A DNA stretch of 64,000 nt, taken from Bythopirellula sp. Its GTDB lineage: Bacteria; Planctomycetota; Planctomycetia; Pirellulales; Lacipirellulaceae. Positions 21,179-31,264 of this stretch are shown here, piece by piece. The DNA lies in the NCBI GenBank assembly GCA_965216565.1, contig OZ244170.1, positions 4,992,001 through 5,056,000 on the forward strand. The letters are read 5' to 3'. Below the pieces are notes generated by a model that was not told where the DNA came from, did no database searches, and saw nothing but the letters and a program-made list of their open reading frames with translations. Position 1 is the stretch's first letter, and the number at the start of each line of letters is the position of its first letter. The position numbers and the translations under genes are program-made.

Positions 21179-21234
21179 CAGCCAAAACCCAGTACTTATA
21201 TCAATCAAACTTCAAACTTAAAAAGGATCCCACC

Positions 21235-22290
21235 ATGCCTTCTTCCCTGCGTTCGCTAATCGACGCCGGCACGAAACTTTGGCTCGACTCGGTCGACCCC
21301 GACTTGGTTGCCACCAACCGCGACCTGGGGGCGACCGGTGCCACGTCCAATCCCATCATCATTAGCAACCTTATCAAGTCGGGACGCTACGACAGCGATT
21401 TGGAAACGCTTCTACAGAACGACGATCTATCAAACGAAGACGCCGCTTGGGCGCTCACCGATCAGGTTGTTTCAGCCGCGCAGGAAGTATTTCAGCCCGT
21501 CTGGGAATCCACCTCCGGCAACGATGGCTATGTCAGTTTCGAAGTCGACCCACTCCTTGAAGATCCAGAGCGCAATCTTCCCCATGCGGAGCGCGTCGCT
21601 CAATACAAAGAGCTGGGCGTCAAATGGTCTGAGGGTCATAAGAATCGGATGATCAAGGTCCCCGCCACGTCGGCGGGGCTCGAATCGCTCGAGCACTTGG
21701 CCGCGCAGGGTGTTCCGCTAAACGTCACGTTGATCTTCACACTCCGCCAGTACAAAGCAGCCCGTGATGCCATTTGGCGAGGCGCACAGCAGCTGGACTC
21801 CCTCGACAAGTTCAAGAGTGTTTACAGCATCTTCGTCTCGCGTGTGGATGTGTATACCGAACAGCATGCGGCTGATCTGTCCGACGATGCCCAAGGCTTG
21901 GTCGGGATCGTCAACGCCAAACAACTATGGCAAGAGAACCAACAGTTTTGGGCCGACAAGCAAACCCCTCTCGAGCAGGAAATCATCTTCGCCAGCACCG
22001 GCACCAAAAAGCCGGAAGACCCACCTTGGAAGTACGTCGAAGCCCTCGCAGGGAGCGACATTCAAACCAACCCACCCGCCACCAACGAAGCCATCGAAGA
22101 GAGCGATCTCACCTTCTCACGCACAGTAGGTGAGATGCCCTCTGAGGCGATCGTTGCAGAGATTGCCCAGAAGGTGAACATCGAACACCTAGAAGAAACA
22201 CTAATGCGCGAGGGCGTCAAAAAATTCGCCGATCCCCAGCAAGCGTTGCTAAAATTGATCGAAGAAAAGAATGCCTCGCTCGCGAATTAG
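21235..22290 (+). CDS. tal: Transaldolase
   Basis: [27 protein letters not shown] (Schiff-base Lys), [14 protein letters not shown] and ASTGTK. Confidence 0.95.
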   Translation: MPSSLRSLIDAGTKLWLDSVDPDLVATNRDLGATGATSNPIIISNLIKSGRYDSDLETLLQNDDLSNEDAAWALTDQVVSAAQEVFQPVWESTSGNDGYVSFEVDPLLEDPERNLPHAERVAQYKELGVKWSEGHKNRMIKVPATSAGLESLEHLAAQGVPLNVTLIFTLRQYKAARDAIWRGAQQLDSLDKFKSVYSIFVSRVDVYTEQHAADLSDDAQGLVGIVNAKQLWQENQQFWADKQTPLEQEIIFASTGTKKPEDPPWKYVEALAGSDIQTNPPATNEAIEESDLTFSRTVGEMPSEAIVAEIAQKVNIEHLEETLMREGVKKFADPQQALLKLIEEKNASLAN

Positions 22291-22388
22291 CCCAATTCAG
22301 GGGCGCTAAAACAAGATTCCGATCAGCCGGAGGCAGGTGTGGCTCCGGCTAGTTAGCGATGTGCCCCACAACGATTGATATTCACTTC

Positions 22389-23351
22389 ATGCTTCGGTTT
22401 TTTATTACGGCCTCTCTGTTAATACTTGGGACCTCACTGTCGGAGGGGCAGCAAGCAAGCGAGGACTTCCCGCACCGAGTTGCGTCTGAGCACTTGCCCA
22501 ACGTGGTAAGAGTCCATCCCCAGATTCTCTCGGGTGGATTGCCCGCGAGTAACGAGGCCTTCCGCGAACTTCACTCTCGCGGCATCAAGACCATCATCAG
22601 TGTCGATGGAATGACACCGGACGTGGAGACGGCCAGAAAGTACGGCCTCCGCTATGTTCACTTGCCACACGGGTACGATGGAATTCCAGCAGAGCGCGTC
22701 CAGGAACTTGCCAAGGCTGTTCGGGAACTCCCGGCGCCGATTTACATCCACTGTCACCATGGCCAGCACCGTAGTGCCGCTGCCGCGAGTGTGGCCTGCG
22801 TCGCAAGTGGATTGATTCCCAGTTCCCAGAGCCTGAATGTCCTAGAACTCGCCGGTACGAGCCCGCACTACCGAGGATTGTACGAATCGGTTCGGCAGGT
22901 CCAACCGTTTGAGGCCACTCAATTGCGAGAGCTTAAGGTCGAGTTCAAAGAAAAAGTTGAGATACCGCCAATGGCCCAGGCAATGGTCGACATCGAGCGC
23001 ACCCACCATCATCTTCAGCTCATTGCGGCGTCGGACTGGCAATCCCCGCCCGCACACCCCGACCTCGACCCAGCCCACGAAGCCTTGTTGCTCAAGGAGC
23101 ATTTTGCCGAACTACTGCGCACCGATTCGGTGCAAGAGCAGCCGGAGGAGTTTCGCATGCTGCTCGAAGAATCGGCACGGGCAAGCCAGGCCCTGGAGCA
23201 CGCGCTCCGCCAACAGATCGACACTGCGTCGGATAGCAACTTATCGGATAGCAAGTCGCTAGAGAGCATCCATCGACTGAGTGACAACATCGCCACCCGC
23301 TGCACGGCGTGTCACCAACAGTTCCGCGACCTGCCACGCGAAGTCGATTGA
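22389..23351 (+). CDS. Secreted CX5R phosphatase/sulfurtransferase-like domain fused to a cytochrome c'-like C-terminal domain
   Basis: Signal peptide, IHCHHGQHRS (HCX5R) and a helical C terminus ending CTACHQQFR. Start 22389 or 22359. Confidence 0.75.
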   Translation: MLRFFITASLLILGTSLSEGQQASEDFPHRVASEHLPNVVRVHPQILSGGLPASNEAFRELHSRGIKTIISVDGMTPDVETARKYGLRYVHLPHGYDGIPAERVQELAKAVRELPAPIYIHCHHGQHRSAAAASVACVASGLIPSSQSLNVLELAGTSPHYRGLYESVRQVQPFEATQLRELKVEFKEKVEIPPMAQAMVDIERTHHHLQLIAASDWQSPPAHPDLDPAHEALLLKEHFAELLRTDSVQEQPEEFRMLLEESARASQALEHALRQQIDTASDSNLSDSKSLESIHRLSDNIATRCTACHQQFRDLPREVD

Positions 23352-23370
23352 AACTGGTCCTAGCAACAAA

Positions 23371-23425
23371 TAGCCGCGATCTGACAGATCGCCGGAAGCC
23401 CCTGCGGCTCATAGAATCGCGGCTA
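23371..23425. repeat. REP-like element, TAGCCGCGAT family, copy 2
   Basis: TAGCCGCGAT...ATCGCGGCTA terminal IR with internal hairpins. Homologous to 3857-3911. Confidence 0.8.
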
Positions 23426-23593
23426 TTATTTCTCGCACCTCTATAAGAAGTCCCAGCGGGCCTATCCCTCAGCAGTCTCAGCCGTGGGTCGTCGATCCCC
23501 ACCGCATTTGCTACCATCAATAGTTTGAAATCACACGCGCCCAGCCGCCGAGCCACGCTCGGCACGGCCCGCCGACCAAGGACAGATATCCCC

Positions 23594-25759
23594 ATGGCAA
23601 TCAACCCTTACTCACTCTGCCCCTGCGGTAGCGGGAAAAAACTAAAATTCTGCTGTGGGGATCTCGCGGCGGAGATCGAAAAAATCTACCAGATGATTCA
23701 GGGCGACCAACCCCGTGGTGCGCTCAAGCATGTCGAGCAGTTGCTGGAGAAAACGCCCGACCAAGGTTCCCTGCTCGACCTCCGTAGTTCCTTGGAGCTT
23801 TCCCTCCACGAATTCGAAGCGGCCCGCGACACCGTGGCTACGTTTGTCAAAGCGCATCCCGACTCCGCGTCGGCACACGCCCAGCGGGCGATCTTAGTTG
23901 CCGCTACCGAGTCGGGCACTGCTGCCATCGCCCCGTTGCAAGATGCGTTGGAACTCCTAGAGAAAGACATGCCCCTGCGGGTACTCGAAGCCATCGGCGC
24001 CGTTGGCCAGGCGCTGTTGGTCGAAGGCCAACTCGTCGCGGCACGAGGACATCTGTTGCTTTACGCGGGGATCGCACCAGAGGAAGACAATCGTGGCCTC
24101 GAACTGCTGATGCGGATGAATCTGCAAGCCGGTCTGCCGCTCTTGCTCCGCGACTACTTAGTGTTGAGCGAATGCCCCCACGACGCCGAGTGGCGAGAGC
24201 CCTACCTAGAAGCTTTGCGAAACTCAGCACGCGGACTTTGGCGCAAGAGTGCCGACATCTTGATTGCCGCGATCAAAAAGCACGGCATGGCTCCCGAAAT
24301 GGTCTACAGTCTGGCGCTGCTGCAAGGTTGGTTGGGAAACACAGACGCCTTTGTAGCGGGCCTGCACAAGTACGCCATGTTCGAAGTGCCGACCGACGAT
24401 GCCGTCGAAGCCGAGGCCTTGGCCCAACTTCTCGATACGAATGTCGACGAGCTCAAGATCGAAACCGCGCGAACAGTCTTCGCTATCGAAGACGAGGCCG
24501 CGCTCGAAGAAAAACTTCGTGCAGACTCCCGCATCGAGGACTACCAACTCGAACCGCCCGCGTCGGGAGAAGAAGACGCCCCGCGGCCCCGTAGCAGCTA
24601 TATCCTCTTGGATCGTGAACCGCCAGAATCGGGCGCCTCCATCGAAAGAGGCGACGTGCCGCAGGTGATGGGCTTCCTTTCCCTGTTTGGCAAACGAACC
24701 GATCGCCCGGCGCAGCTAGAAATAACCGCCGATCGCAGCGGGGAGAAATCGGGTGAACAGCAAGACGAATCCGAGAAACTCTTGCGAGAAATTTTGGGCG
24801 ACGATCTGGGCGAGGTGATCGAGAGCGACGTTGTTAATGAAAAGTCGCTAAGCGAAGAATCGCTCAGTTGGCGTTGGCGTTTGCCGGACGATACACCCAT
24901 GGAACTCCGCCGACAGTTGCTCGCAGAACAACGGGCCGAAGCTGTGCTGGAACACTGGACCGCCGCACCGCGCGGCGCACTCCTCGGCAAGTCCCCCTTG
25001 GAAGCCTCCGACGATGAAAAACTGCGCGTTCCTTTGCTCGCCAGTGTCCTGATTATCGAGCAGGCAGCGGAAGATCCGAAAGAGCTCAAGTTGTTCGAGA
25101 AGCTTCGAGACAAACTCAAGCTACCTGCAGCCGAGGAGATCGATCCAACGAATATCGAAGTTCAGAATGTGCCGCTCGTACGAATTCCTCGTTTGCGGTT
25201 GGGTGATGTCGCGGCCGAGAATCTTTCGCCACTATTGGAACGAACCGTACTGATGGGAGCCAACTTGGCGACCCTCCTCGTGGCCACTGAAATTGTTGAG
25301 CGGGAAGACTTGCCCGAAGACTTCGATTTGGCAGGTGCGTATCGTAGACTTATTCGATTGGAGCCCGACGTGGGACGTCGTCTGCATTGGGTTCAGCAGG
25401 CGCGGTCGTGGTCGAAGTCGCAGGATCAATCCGAAGCGGAATGGTCGCTGCTGGAATTGGAAATGTCGATCGAACAGGGCGACCCAACGCGGGTGCAATC
25501 GTTGTTGGGCGAACTCCGCGAACGGCACATGGAAGAACCGGGCGTGGCGGAGGCAATCTACAAGATGCTGTATCAGGCAGGACTCATCGATCCCTCCCAA
25601 ATGGCGGGTCAGCCCATGCCTGCAATGCCGGGCATGGCCGAGCCCGTGGGCGCCGCCAAAGCAACCAGCGAACCCTCTGGAATTTGGACCCCAGGCAGCG
25701 ATGCACCGCAAAGCTCCGACTCAGCCGGTGGCGATAAACCCGCCATCTGGACGCCTTAG
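23594..25759 (+). CDS. SEC-C motif / TPR-like hypothetical protein
   Basis: N-terminal CPCGSGKKLKFCC followed by helical repeats. Confidence 0.85.
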   Translation: MAINPYSLCPCGSGKKLKFCCGDLAAEIEKIYQMIQGDQPRGALKHVEQLLEKTPDQGSLLDLRSSLELSLHEFEAARDTVATFVKAHPDSASAHAQRAILVAATESGTAAIAPLQDALELLEKDMPLRVLEAIGAVGQALLVEGQLVAARGHLLLYAGIAPEEDNRGLELLMRMNLQAGLPLLLRDYLVLSECPHDAEWREPYLEALRNSARGLWRKSADILIAAIKKHGMAPEMVYSLALLQGWLGNTDAFVAGLHKYAMFEVPTDDAVEAEALAQLLDTNVDELKIETARTVFAIEDEAALEEKLRADSRIEDYQLEPPASGEEDAPRPRSSYILLDREPPESGASIERGDVPQVMGFLSLFGKRTDRPAQLEITADRSGEKSGEQQDESEKLLREILGDDLGEVIESDVVNEKSLSEESLSWRWRLPDDTPMELRRQLLAEQRAEAVLEHWTAAPRGALLGKSPLEASDDEKLRVPLLASVLIIEQAAEDPKELKLFEKLRDKLKLPAAEEIDPTNIEVQNVPLVRIPRLRLGDVAAENLSPLLERTVLMGANLATLLVATEIVEREDLPEDFDLAGAYRRLIRLEPDVGRRLHWVQQARSWSKSQDQSEAEWSLLELEMSIEQGDPTRVQSLLGELRERHMEEPGVAEAIYKMLYQAGLIDPSQMAGQPMPAMPGMAEPVGAAKATSEPSGIWTPGSDAPQSSDSAGGDKPAIWTP

Positions 25760-25859
25760 CCGGAGGCACACTTGACTCTGCACAAGAAAAACCGTTTTTC
25801 GATTTTTGCGAAAACACAATCTGTTGTGTCGCTCAAATTTTTTCACACAAGATAAGCTC

Positions 25860-26969
25860 ATGGCGGAAAAGAGCACCACCAAAGAATATCCGTGGATGGC
25901 TCGCGCGGTGGAACTCGCCCAACGCGGACGAGGCTCGGTCGAGCCCAATCCCATGGTGGGCTGCGTCATTGTTCAAGATGGCGAGGTTGTGGGGGAAGGT
26001 TGGCACCAAGAATTCGGCGGCCCCCATGCGGAGATCGAGGCCCTGCAAGCGGCCCAAGCAAAAGCCCGCGGTGCCGATGTCTACGTCACCCTCGAACCCT
26101 GCTGCCACACCGGAAAAACCGGCCCCTGCACAACCGCACTCATCGATGCGGGGGTGAAACGCGTTGTCGTAGGTTGCGAAGATCCCAATCCACAAGTCGC
26201 CGGCAAGGGAATGGCTGCCTTGCGGGAAGCGGGAATCAAGGTCACAGAACTAGCCGACTTCGACGATGCCCGGCACCTGATTGCCCCTTTCGCAAAACTC
26301 ACCCGCATGGGCCAACCTTGGATCATTGCCAAATGGGCGATGACACTAGATGGCAAAATCGCGACACGCACAGGCAGTAGTCGCTGGATTAGCGGAGAAG
26401 AATCCCGTGCACTCGTGCATCAAATTCGCGGCTGCGTGGACGGCATTCTAATTGGTCGCGGCACTGCCGTGGCCGACGATCCTTTGCTAACGGCCCGCCC
26501 CAGTGGCCCTCGCGTCGCCACGCGGATTGTGCTGGATACGACGGCGGCTCTGTCATTGGAGAGCCAGCTCGTAAAAACCGCAGCTGAGATTCCGCTGCTG
26601 ATCGCTACCAGTGAGAAGGCTCGGGATGAGAATATCGAAAAACTCGAGATTGCTGGAGCAGAGGTTCTAGTATGCCTAGGGGAAAGCTCAGCACAGCGTT
26701 TGGCCTTCTTGCTCGATGAACTTGGGCGACGCCAGATGACCAATATTTTGATAGAAGGCGGACCAAGGATCCTTGGCAAAATGTTCGACACCAGTTCAGT
26801 GGATGAGGTACTCGTATTTGTGGCGCCGAAGCTGGTTGGCGGACGGGAAGCAGTGGCGGCAGTGGGCGGCAATGGAATTGCGGAGATGTCCGACGCATTG
26901 CGGTTGGACGCTCAGTCTATCGAGCCTCTGGGAGACGATGTCCTGCTGCGAGGAAGAGTCCACCGCTGA
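25860..26969 (+). CDS. ribD: Riboflavin biosynthesis deaminase/reductase
   Basis: PNPMVGCV, HAE, TLEPCCH..PC, KWAMTLDG, DDPLLTAR and IEGG. Confidence 0.96.
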   Translation: MAEKSTTKEYPWMARAVELAQRGRGSVEPNPMVGCVIVQDGEVVGEGWHQEFGGPHAEIEALQAAQAKARGADVYVTLEPCCHTGKTGPCTTALIDAGVKRVVVGCEDPNPQVAGKGMAALREAGIKVTELADFDDARHLIAPFAKLTRMGQPWIIAKWAMTLDGKIATRTGSSRWISGEESRALVHQIRGCVDGILIGRGTAVADDPLLTARPSGPRVATRIVLDTTAALSLESQLVKTAAEIPLLIATSEKARDENIEKLEIAGAEVLVCLGESSAQRLAFLLDELGRRQMTNILIEGGPRILGKMFDTSSVDEVLVFVAPKLVGGREAVAAVGGNGIAEMSDALRLDAQSIEPLGDDVLLRGRVHR

Positions 26970-26971
26970 GG

Positions 26972-27391
26972 TCACTCCCCCCAGATCGTAGCGACCAGTT
27001 TTCGGCGTCCGCCCCGATTTCGATGCTCACACAGGTAGATTCCCTGCCAAGTGCCTAAGCAAAGCCGCCCTTCGCGAATCGGTACAGAGACGCTACTTCC
27101 TAGCAGAGAAGACTTCACGTGGGCCGGCATGTCGTCCGGGCCTTCGCATGTATGCCGATGGGGAAAGTCTTCCGGGGCGATCGCCGACAGGGAGCTTTCC
27201 AAATCGAGCGGAACGTCTGGATCGGCATTTTCATTGATGGAAAGGCTTGCCGAGGTGTGCTGAATGAACAGATGCAGGATCCCCACGTCGAACTCGGCGA
27301 GCTCCGGCAGCGACTGCAGGATTTCGCTGGTGATCAAATGGAAGCCGCGGCTCTGCTCAGAAAGCTGGATAATTTGTTGATTCCAGGGCAT
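26972..27391 (-). CDS. yjbQ: YjbQ/UPF0047 secondary thiamine-phosphate synthase family protein
   Basis: HTSASLSINENADPDV, DDMPAHVKSS and LGTWQGIYLCEHR. Confidence 0.92.
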   Translation of the reverse strand: MPWNQQIIQLSEQSRGFHLITSEILQSLPELAEFDVGILHLFIQHTSASLSINENADPDVPLDLESSLSAIAPEDFPHRHTCEGPDDMPAHVKSSLLGSSVSVPIREGRLCLGTWQGIYLCEHRNRGGRRKLVATIWGE

Positions 27392-27982
27392 GCTCGTCCT
27401 CAGTGGGGTCCCCAATCTTGATAGCCCAGTCATGATAGCAGAGTGGCTCGGGGTGCCGGCGGTGTCCGGTCTAGTCACTGGTTGCCAATTCGTTCAACGT
27501 TACGAATGTTCTACTGGGGACAGCCTGAAATCCAGGGCTCGGCACCCACCATGGCAACGCTGCAAATACCTCAAAATGTCTATCCTGACTACCTAATTGA
27601 CAGGGATTACCTGGGCTACACAGCTGTGGGGGTTAATTGTCAATACCTGCCGAGAAAAAACTTGACTTAGCTCCCTGGCTGGTAATAATCACTTCTCAAG
27701 AACTAGCATTTTGTTAACAGCACGGCCAATAGCACGTTCTCCAGCCATAGACCCTGTCAGGAGAATGTTGCCGGTCATGCTGATATCCCCCCCGAAGGTT
27801 GGTCCATACCAAGTAACCCTGGTCATGGAGGAGTTTTTTCGCTTCAGGAGGAAGCAATCATTGGCTTAGCGTCGATAGTACGCTAGCCGCAGGTGTTTTT
27901 TCGCTTGCAATGAGTATCCAGGTAGCCTTGGCCTCGCCGGTCTCCAACCGCAATTGTTGAAGATTCAGGAGAAGTCAGTAAG

Positions 27983-28213
27983 ATGCCAGACCCAAAATTA
28001 AAGAACGTATTTGAAGCCATTCTCAAATATGGCCACGACGAAGATTTCGCCCCGAACGCTGACCGCGATTTCAAGAGCACCCAGGCACCTGCTGGCTCTC
28101 GAGAGAAGCTGGAAGTGATGGCTGAACGCGTACGATCGGGCCATCCGTTGTGGCACGACTCCGACCGAGCCGACTACAGCGGTCTCACGGGTGCCGTCCG
28201 CCCCCGCGACTGA
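27983..28213 (+). CDS. Small hypothetical protein
   Basis: 76 aa with AGGAG RBS, host-like codon usage and a downstream terminator. Confidence 0.75.
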   Translation: MPDPKLKNVFEAILKYGHDEDFAPNADRDFKSTQAPAGSREKLEVMAERVRSGHPLWHDSDRADYSGLTGAVRPRD

Positions 28214-28286
28214 GCTGAATTCCGCACCACTTCATCACTCATTCGATGAGGTTGGGCGTAATCGCTGCTACGAGCTAGAAGTCACC

Positions 28287-28322
28287 GGCCGTCGAGCATC
28301 TCTTTGCTCGACGGCCTTTTTT
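28287..28322 (+). terminator. Rho-independent terminator
   Basis: GGCCGTCGAGCA-tctctt-TGCTCGACGGCC followed by T6. Confidence 0.85.
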
Positions 28323-28347
28323 CGTTTCGTAAGCTTTTTGCCGACTT

Positions 28348-28551
28348 CTAGGCACTGCGACTTAGCACAACATCCGTCCGCCGAGCGGCAACTGGCTGCT
28401 CAAATGGCTCCAACTCGTCACGGAGTACGAGCATGTCGCGAGGGGCGTCGATCCCTAGCCGCACCTTGTCGCCGCCCATTTTCAGAATCGTGATGACGAT
28501 GTCGTCGCCGAGACGAATTTTCTGGGCTTCTTTTCTTGATAACACCAACAT
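28348..28551 (-). CDS. csrA: Carbon storage regulator CsrA family
   Basis: MLVLSRK..KIRLGDDIVITI..KVRLGIDAP..VLRDEL and a GGAGG RBS. Confidence 0.93.
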   Translation of the reverse strand: MLVLSRKEAQKIRLGDDIVITILKMGGDKVRLGIDAPRDMLVLRDELEPFEQPVAARRTDVVLSRSA

Positions 28552-28692
28552 TGAACACCTCCGTGTGTGACCCGTGGCGGGAAATGATACTTATGTACAC
28601 TATTGTGTATTTGTACACTAATCGCAACCCTTGTTTTCGGATTTCTCGAACCGCGTTATTCGAGGTCCTTTTTAAGGGCTGACTGCAAGCGA

Positions 28693-29010
28693 TCAGGCGG
28701 CTTCCGCGTATTGCCCGACTTCCTGCAGGTTAATTTTTGGCGCGGAGTCTAAGCGAGTCCTGTGGAGCCGCTCTCCTCGTGAGCCGTAGAACAAAATCGT
28801 ATTGGCATCGGTTTCCCAGATCGCGGAAAGTTTGACAGCACGTGGCCCGTGCAGGCAGAAGTGAACCCCGCAGGGTGTTCCACTTCGTTTTAGCAATCTG
28901 AGAGTCAATTGTGAGCTATCTGGTCTTAGTAATTCGATGTTGCTTAGGGTTTCGGTGACGAACTTGCGAATATCCTCAAAGTCTTGAATGCGCTTTTTGC
29001 ACTCCACCAT
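28693..29010 (-). CDS. Small hypothetical protein
   Basis: GGGAGG RBS and a globular-looking core CGVHFCLHGPRAVKLSAIWE..ILFYGSRGER. Confidence 0.75.
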   Translation of the reverse strand: MVECKKRIQDFEDIRKFVTETLSNIELLRPDSSQLTLRLLKRSGTPCGVHFCLHGPRAVKLSAIWETDANTILFYGSRGERLHRTRLDSAPKINLQEVGQYAEAA

Positions 29011-29289
29011 TGAGAAATTCCTCCCAAAAAATGGATTGAGTATGATTTGTAATAGATGACAGCAAGCGGGATGAAAGAAGTGGGGTGGGGTTGAGATGCC
29101 ATCTGTGAAGGTAGGAAAGATGGCGACAAGATTAGTTATCGGCAACATACACCGATAGCTTAAGGGCTACTGCCAAGACGGATCAGCCAGAAAACTTGAG
29201 CTAGCGCTCAAGTGGATAACCAGCGCAATTGGAATGCCGAGGAGAAGTCGTAGCTTGGAATCCCACGGTAAAGTAGCGGCTTGCGTGAG

Positions 29290-29904
29290 CTATTCCTCAC
29301 CAAACACACCCGCACCGAACGAATCTTTGTTACCGACGGTAGGTTTACCACTGGGGGAATTGGGCGGCCGCGAAGGTCGAAAGTCGCCGCCCGGTCCTTC
29401 CGCATGCTGGCCCTTTTTTTGATGGGGTTGGTCGATCCGCTTGTCCTGCGCTGGCTGACGGATTTCAGGAACCTTGCTTTCTTCCACATCCAGGTCGAAA
29501 TCATCATAGCGCGAAACGTAGCCAGGCTCTTGCGAACGGTCTAGCTCTTCAAAAAACTCTTTAATCACGCAGCCTTGGATCATTTCTCGACAAGAGGAAT
29601 TGATAGGGTGCGCAATATCGGCGTACAGCTTCGCGCGACCGTCGTTGTCGACGCTCGATCGATCTTGCGGCAGCGAGACGCCACAATTGTTGCAATGTTG
29701 GGCCCGGAGGTGGTTTTTTGTACCGCATTGGGGGCAATGGGCCGTGAGTTTTCGGCTGGGCATGGCAACGAAAGGCCCGCTGGAACCTTCAATAATCTTC
29801 AGGTCTCGCACGACGAAACAATTATCGAATGTCACAGAGCAAAACGCTTTTAGTCGTTCGCCAGGGTCTTCCATGAGCTTGATTCGCACTTCGGTGACTT
29901 GCAC
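29290..29904 (-). CDS. spoVG: SpoVG-family nucleic-acid-binding protein with inserted Zn ribbon
   Basis: VTEVRIK, LKAFCSVTFD, FVAMPSRK and YADIAHPI, with a CPQC..CNNC insert. Confidence 0.92.
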   Translation of the reverse strand: MQVTEVRIKLMEDPGERLKAFCSVTFDNCFVVRDLKIIEGSSGPFVAMPSRKLTAHCPQCGTKNHLRAQHCNNCGVSLPQDRSSVDNDGRAKLYADIAHPINSSCREMIQGCVIKEFFEELDRSQEPGYVSRYDDFDLDVEESKVPEIRQPAQDKRIDQPHQKKGQHAEGPGGDFRPSRPPNSPSGKPTVGNKDSFGAGVFGEE

Positions 29905-29934
29905 GACTCATCTCCTCAACTGGGCTAGCTATTT

Positions 29935-30849
29935 CTAGCAACTGGAAACTGCGAATACTTGCCCCTCGACCATTCCAGACAACCGGCGAGCCATTTGGCG
30001 GGCTTGCACTGCGCTGCGAGCCACTCCAAAACAAGCCGAACCGCTGCCGGTCATCAAACACGTAACTGGATTCAAACTTTCTATCTCGCGAAGTAGATCG
30101 GTTATTGTCGGCATTAACCGGGAGGCGGAGTTCTGGAGCTGATTGAGCATCCCCCTACCGGCATCCCGGAGCTTGCCTTGCCGGAGGTTTGCCAACAAGG
30201 AATCTACGCTTGCAGACTGTTCTGCATGTTCTGTCTGGTGCTGCTTCCAATGCCCAAAGACCTCTGCGGTTGGCAAGCCACCTGGGGGTTTGACAACGAC
30301 AAAATGGAGAGGTGGCAGGCCAGCCGTTGGTTCTACGATTTCCCCACGTCCTCGGCAGCGTGCAGGACCATCGGCAAGGAAAAACGGTACATCGCTACCA
30401 ACGTCGGCGGCGATTTTTGCAAGACATTCTCTGGAATAGCCAATTTCCCAAGCAGCGTTGGCCAGGACCAAAGTTGCGGCCGCGTCGCTGCTGCCACCGC
30501 CCATGCCGGCCTGTTGAGGAATCCGCTTGACGAGCCGGAATGTGCCACGAGGTTCGATCCCCGCGGCATCTGCCAGTCGTCTTGCTGCCACGAGGACGAG
30601 ATTGTCGTCGGCGGAAGATAGCTTTTCGCCGGTGCGGTCTGCACAGGCTAGTTCCAGTGTACAAGGAGAATCTGGAGTGGAAGCCGCAGACCAGCTGAGG
30701 TGATCGTAGAGTTGGACCGGTACCAGGAGGGATTCCAAGTTATGGAATCCATCGGCTCTAGAGCCCAAAACGTTCAAACACACATTCAACTTGGCGGGTG
30801 CGAAAACCTCCCAAGTGGAATGGACTTGGTGAGCAAACATGGTGTGCAT
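29935..30849 (-). CDS. ispE: 4-diphosphocytidyl-2-C-methyl-D-erythritol kinase
   Basis: APAKLN, KRIPQQAGMGGGSSDAA, GSDVPFF and MTGSGSACF. Start may be 30840. Confidence 0.95.
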   Translation of the reverse strand: MHTMFAHQVHSTWEVFAPAKLNVCLNVLGSRADGFHNLESLLVPVQLYDHLSWSAASTPDSPCTLELACADRTGEKLSSADDNLVLVAARRLADAAGIEPRGTFRLVKRIPQQAGMGGGSSDAAATLVLANAAWEIGYSRECLAKIAADVGSDVPFFLADGPARCRGRGEIVEPTAGLPPLHFVVVKPPGGLPTAEVFGHWKQHQTEHAEQSASVDSLLANLRQGKLRDAGRGMLNQLQNSASRLMPTITDLLREIESLNPVTCLMTGSGSACFGVARSAVQARQMARRLSGMVEGQVFAVSSC

Positions 30850-31264
30850 CCAATACCATCAGCACGAATCTCATGCCCAGACCAACGCCGGACACGTTCG
30901 TTGCGGAGAAATCTGAGATTGCTGCCGTTACCCTGCGACCTTGCAGGTAGCTCAAAGGCGACGCTTTGCTGCCGCGTCGCTAAATACGGACATATGATGA
31001 GTGAAATCATAGAGAAAGAAGAGGTATTTGCAGCTGTGTTGGCCGGACGCACGGCCTAACCTTAGCAAGTATAATGATTGACGTTACACTAACACGCCGT
31101 AACTCCAATCGTCATCGAATTTTAGAGTGGTTGGCTACGTGCGTCAACGTGATCTGGCGACAAGTGCGTTTACCATCCCATTCTAAAATCGTAAGTTGCT
31201 CTGTTTGAGACGGCTTGGTAGTCGGGATAGTTTGGATTGAACCTCTTATGCTCCTAGCGATTAG

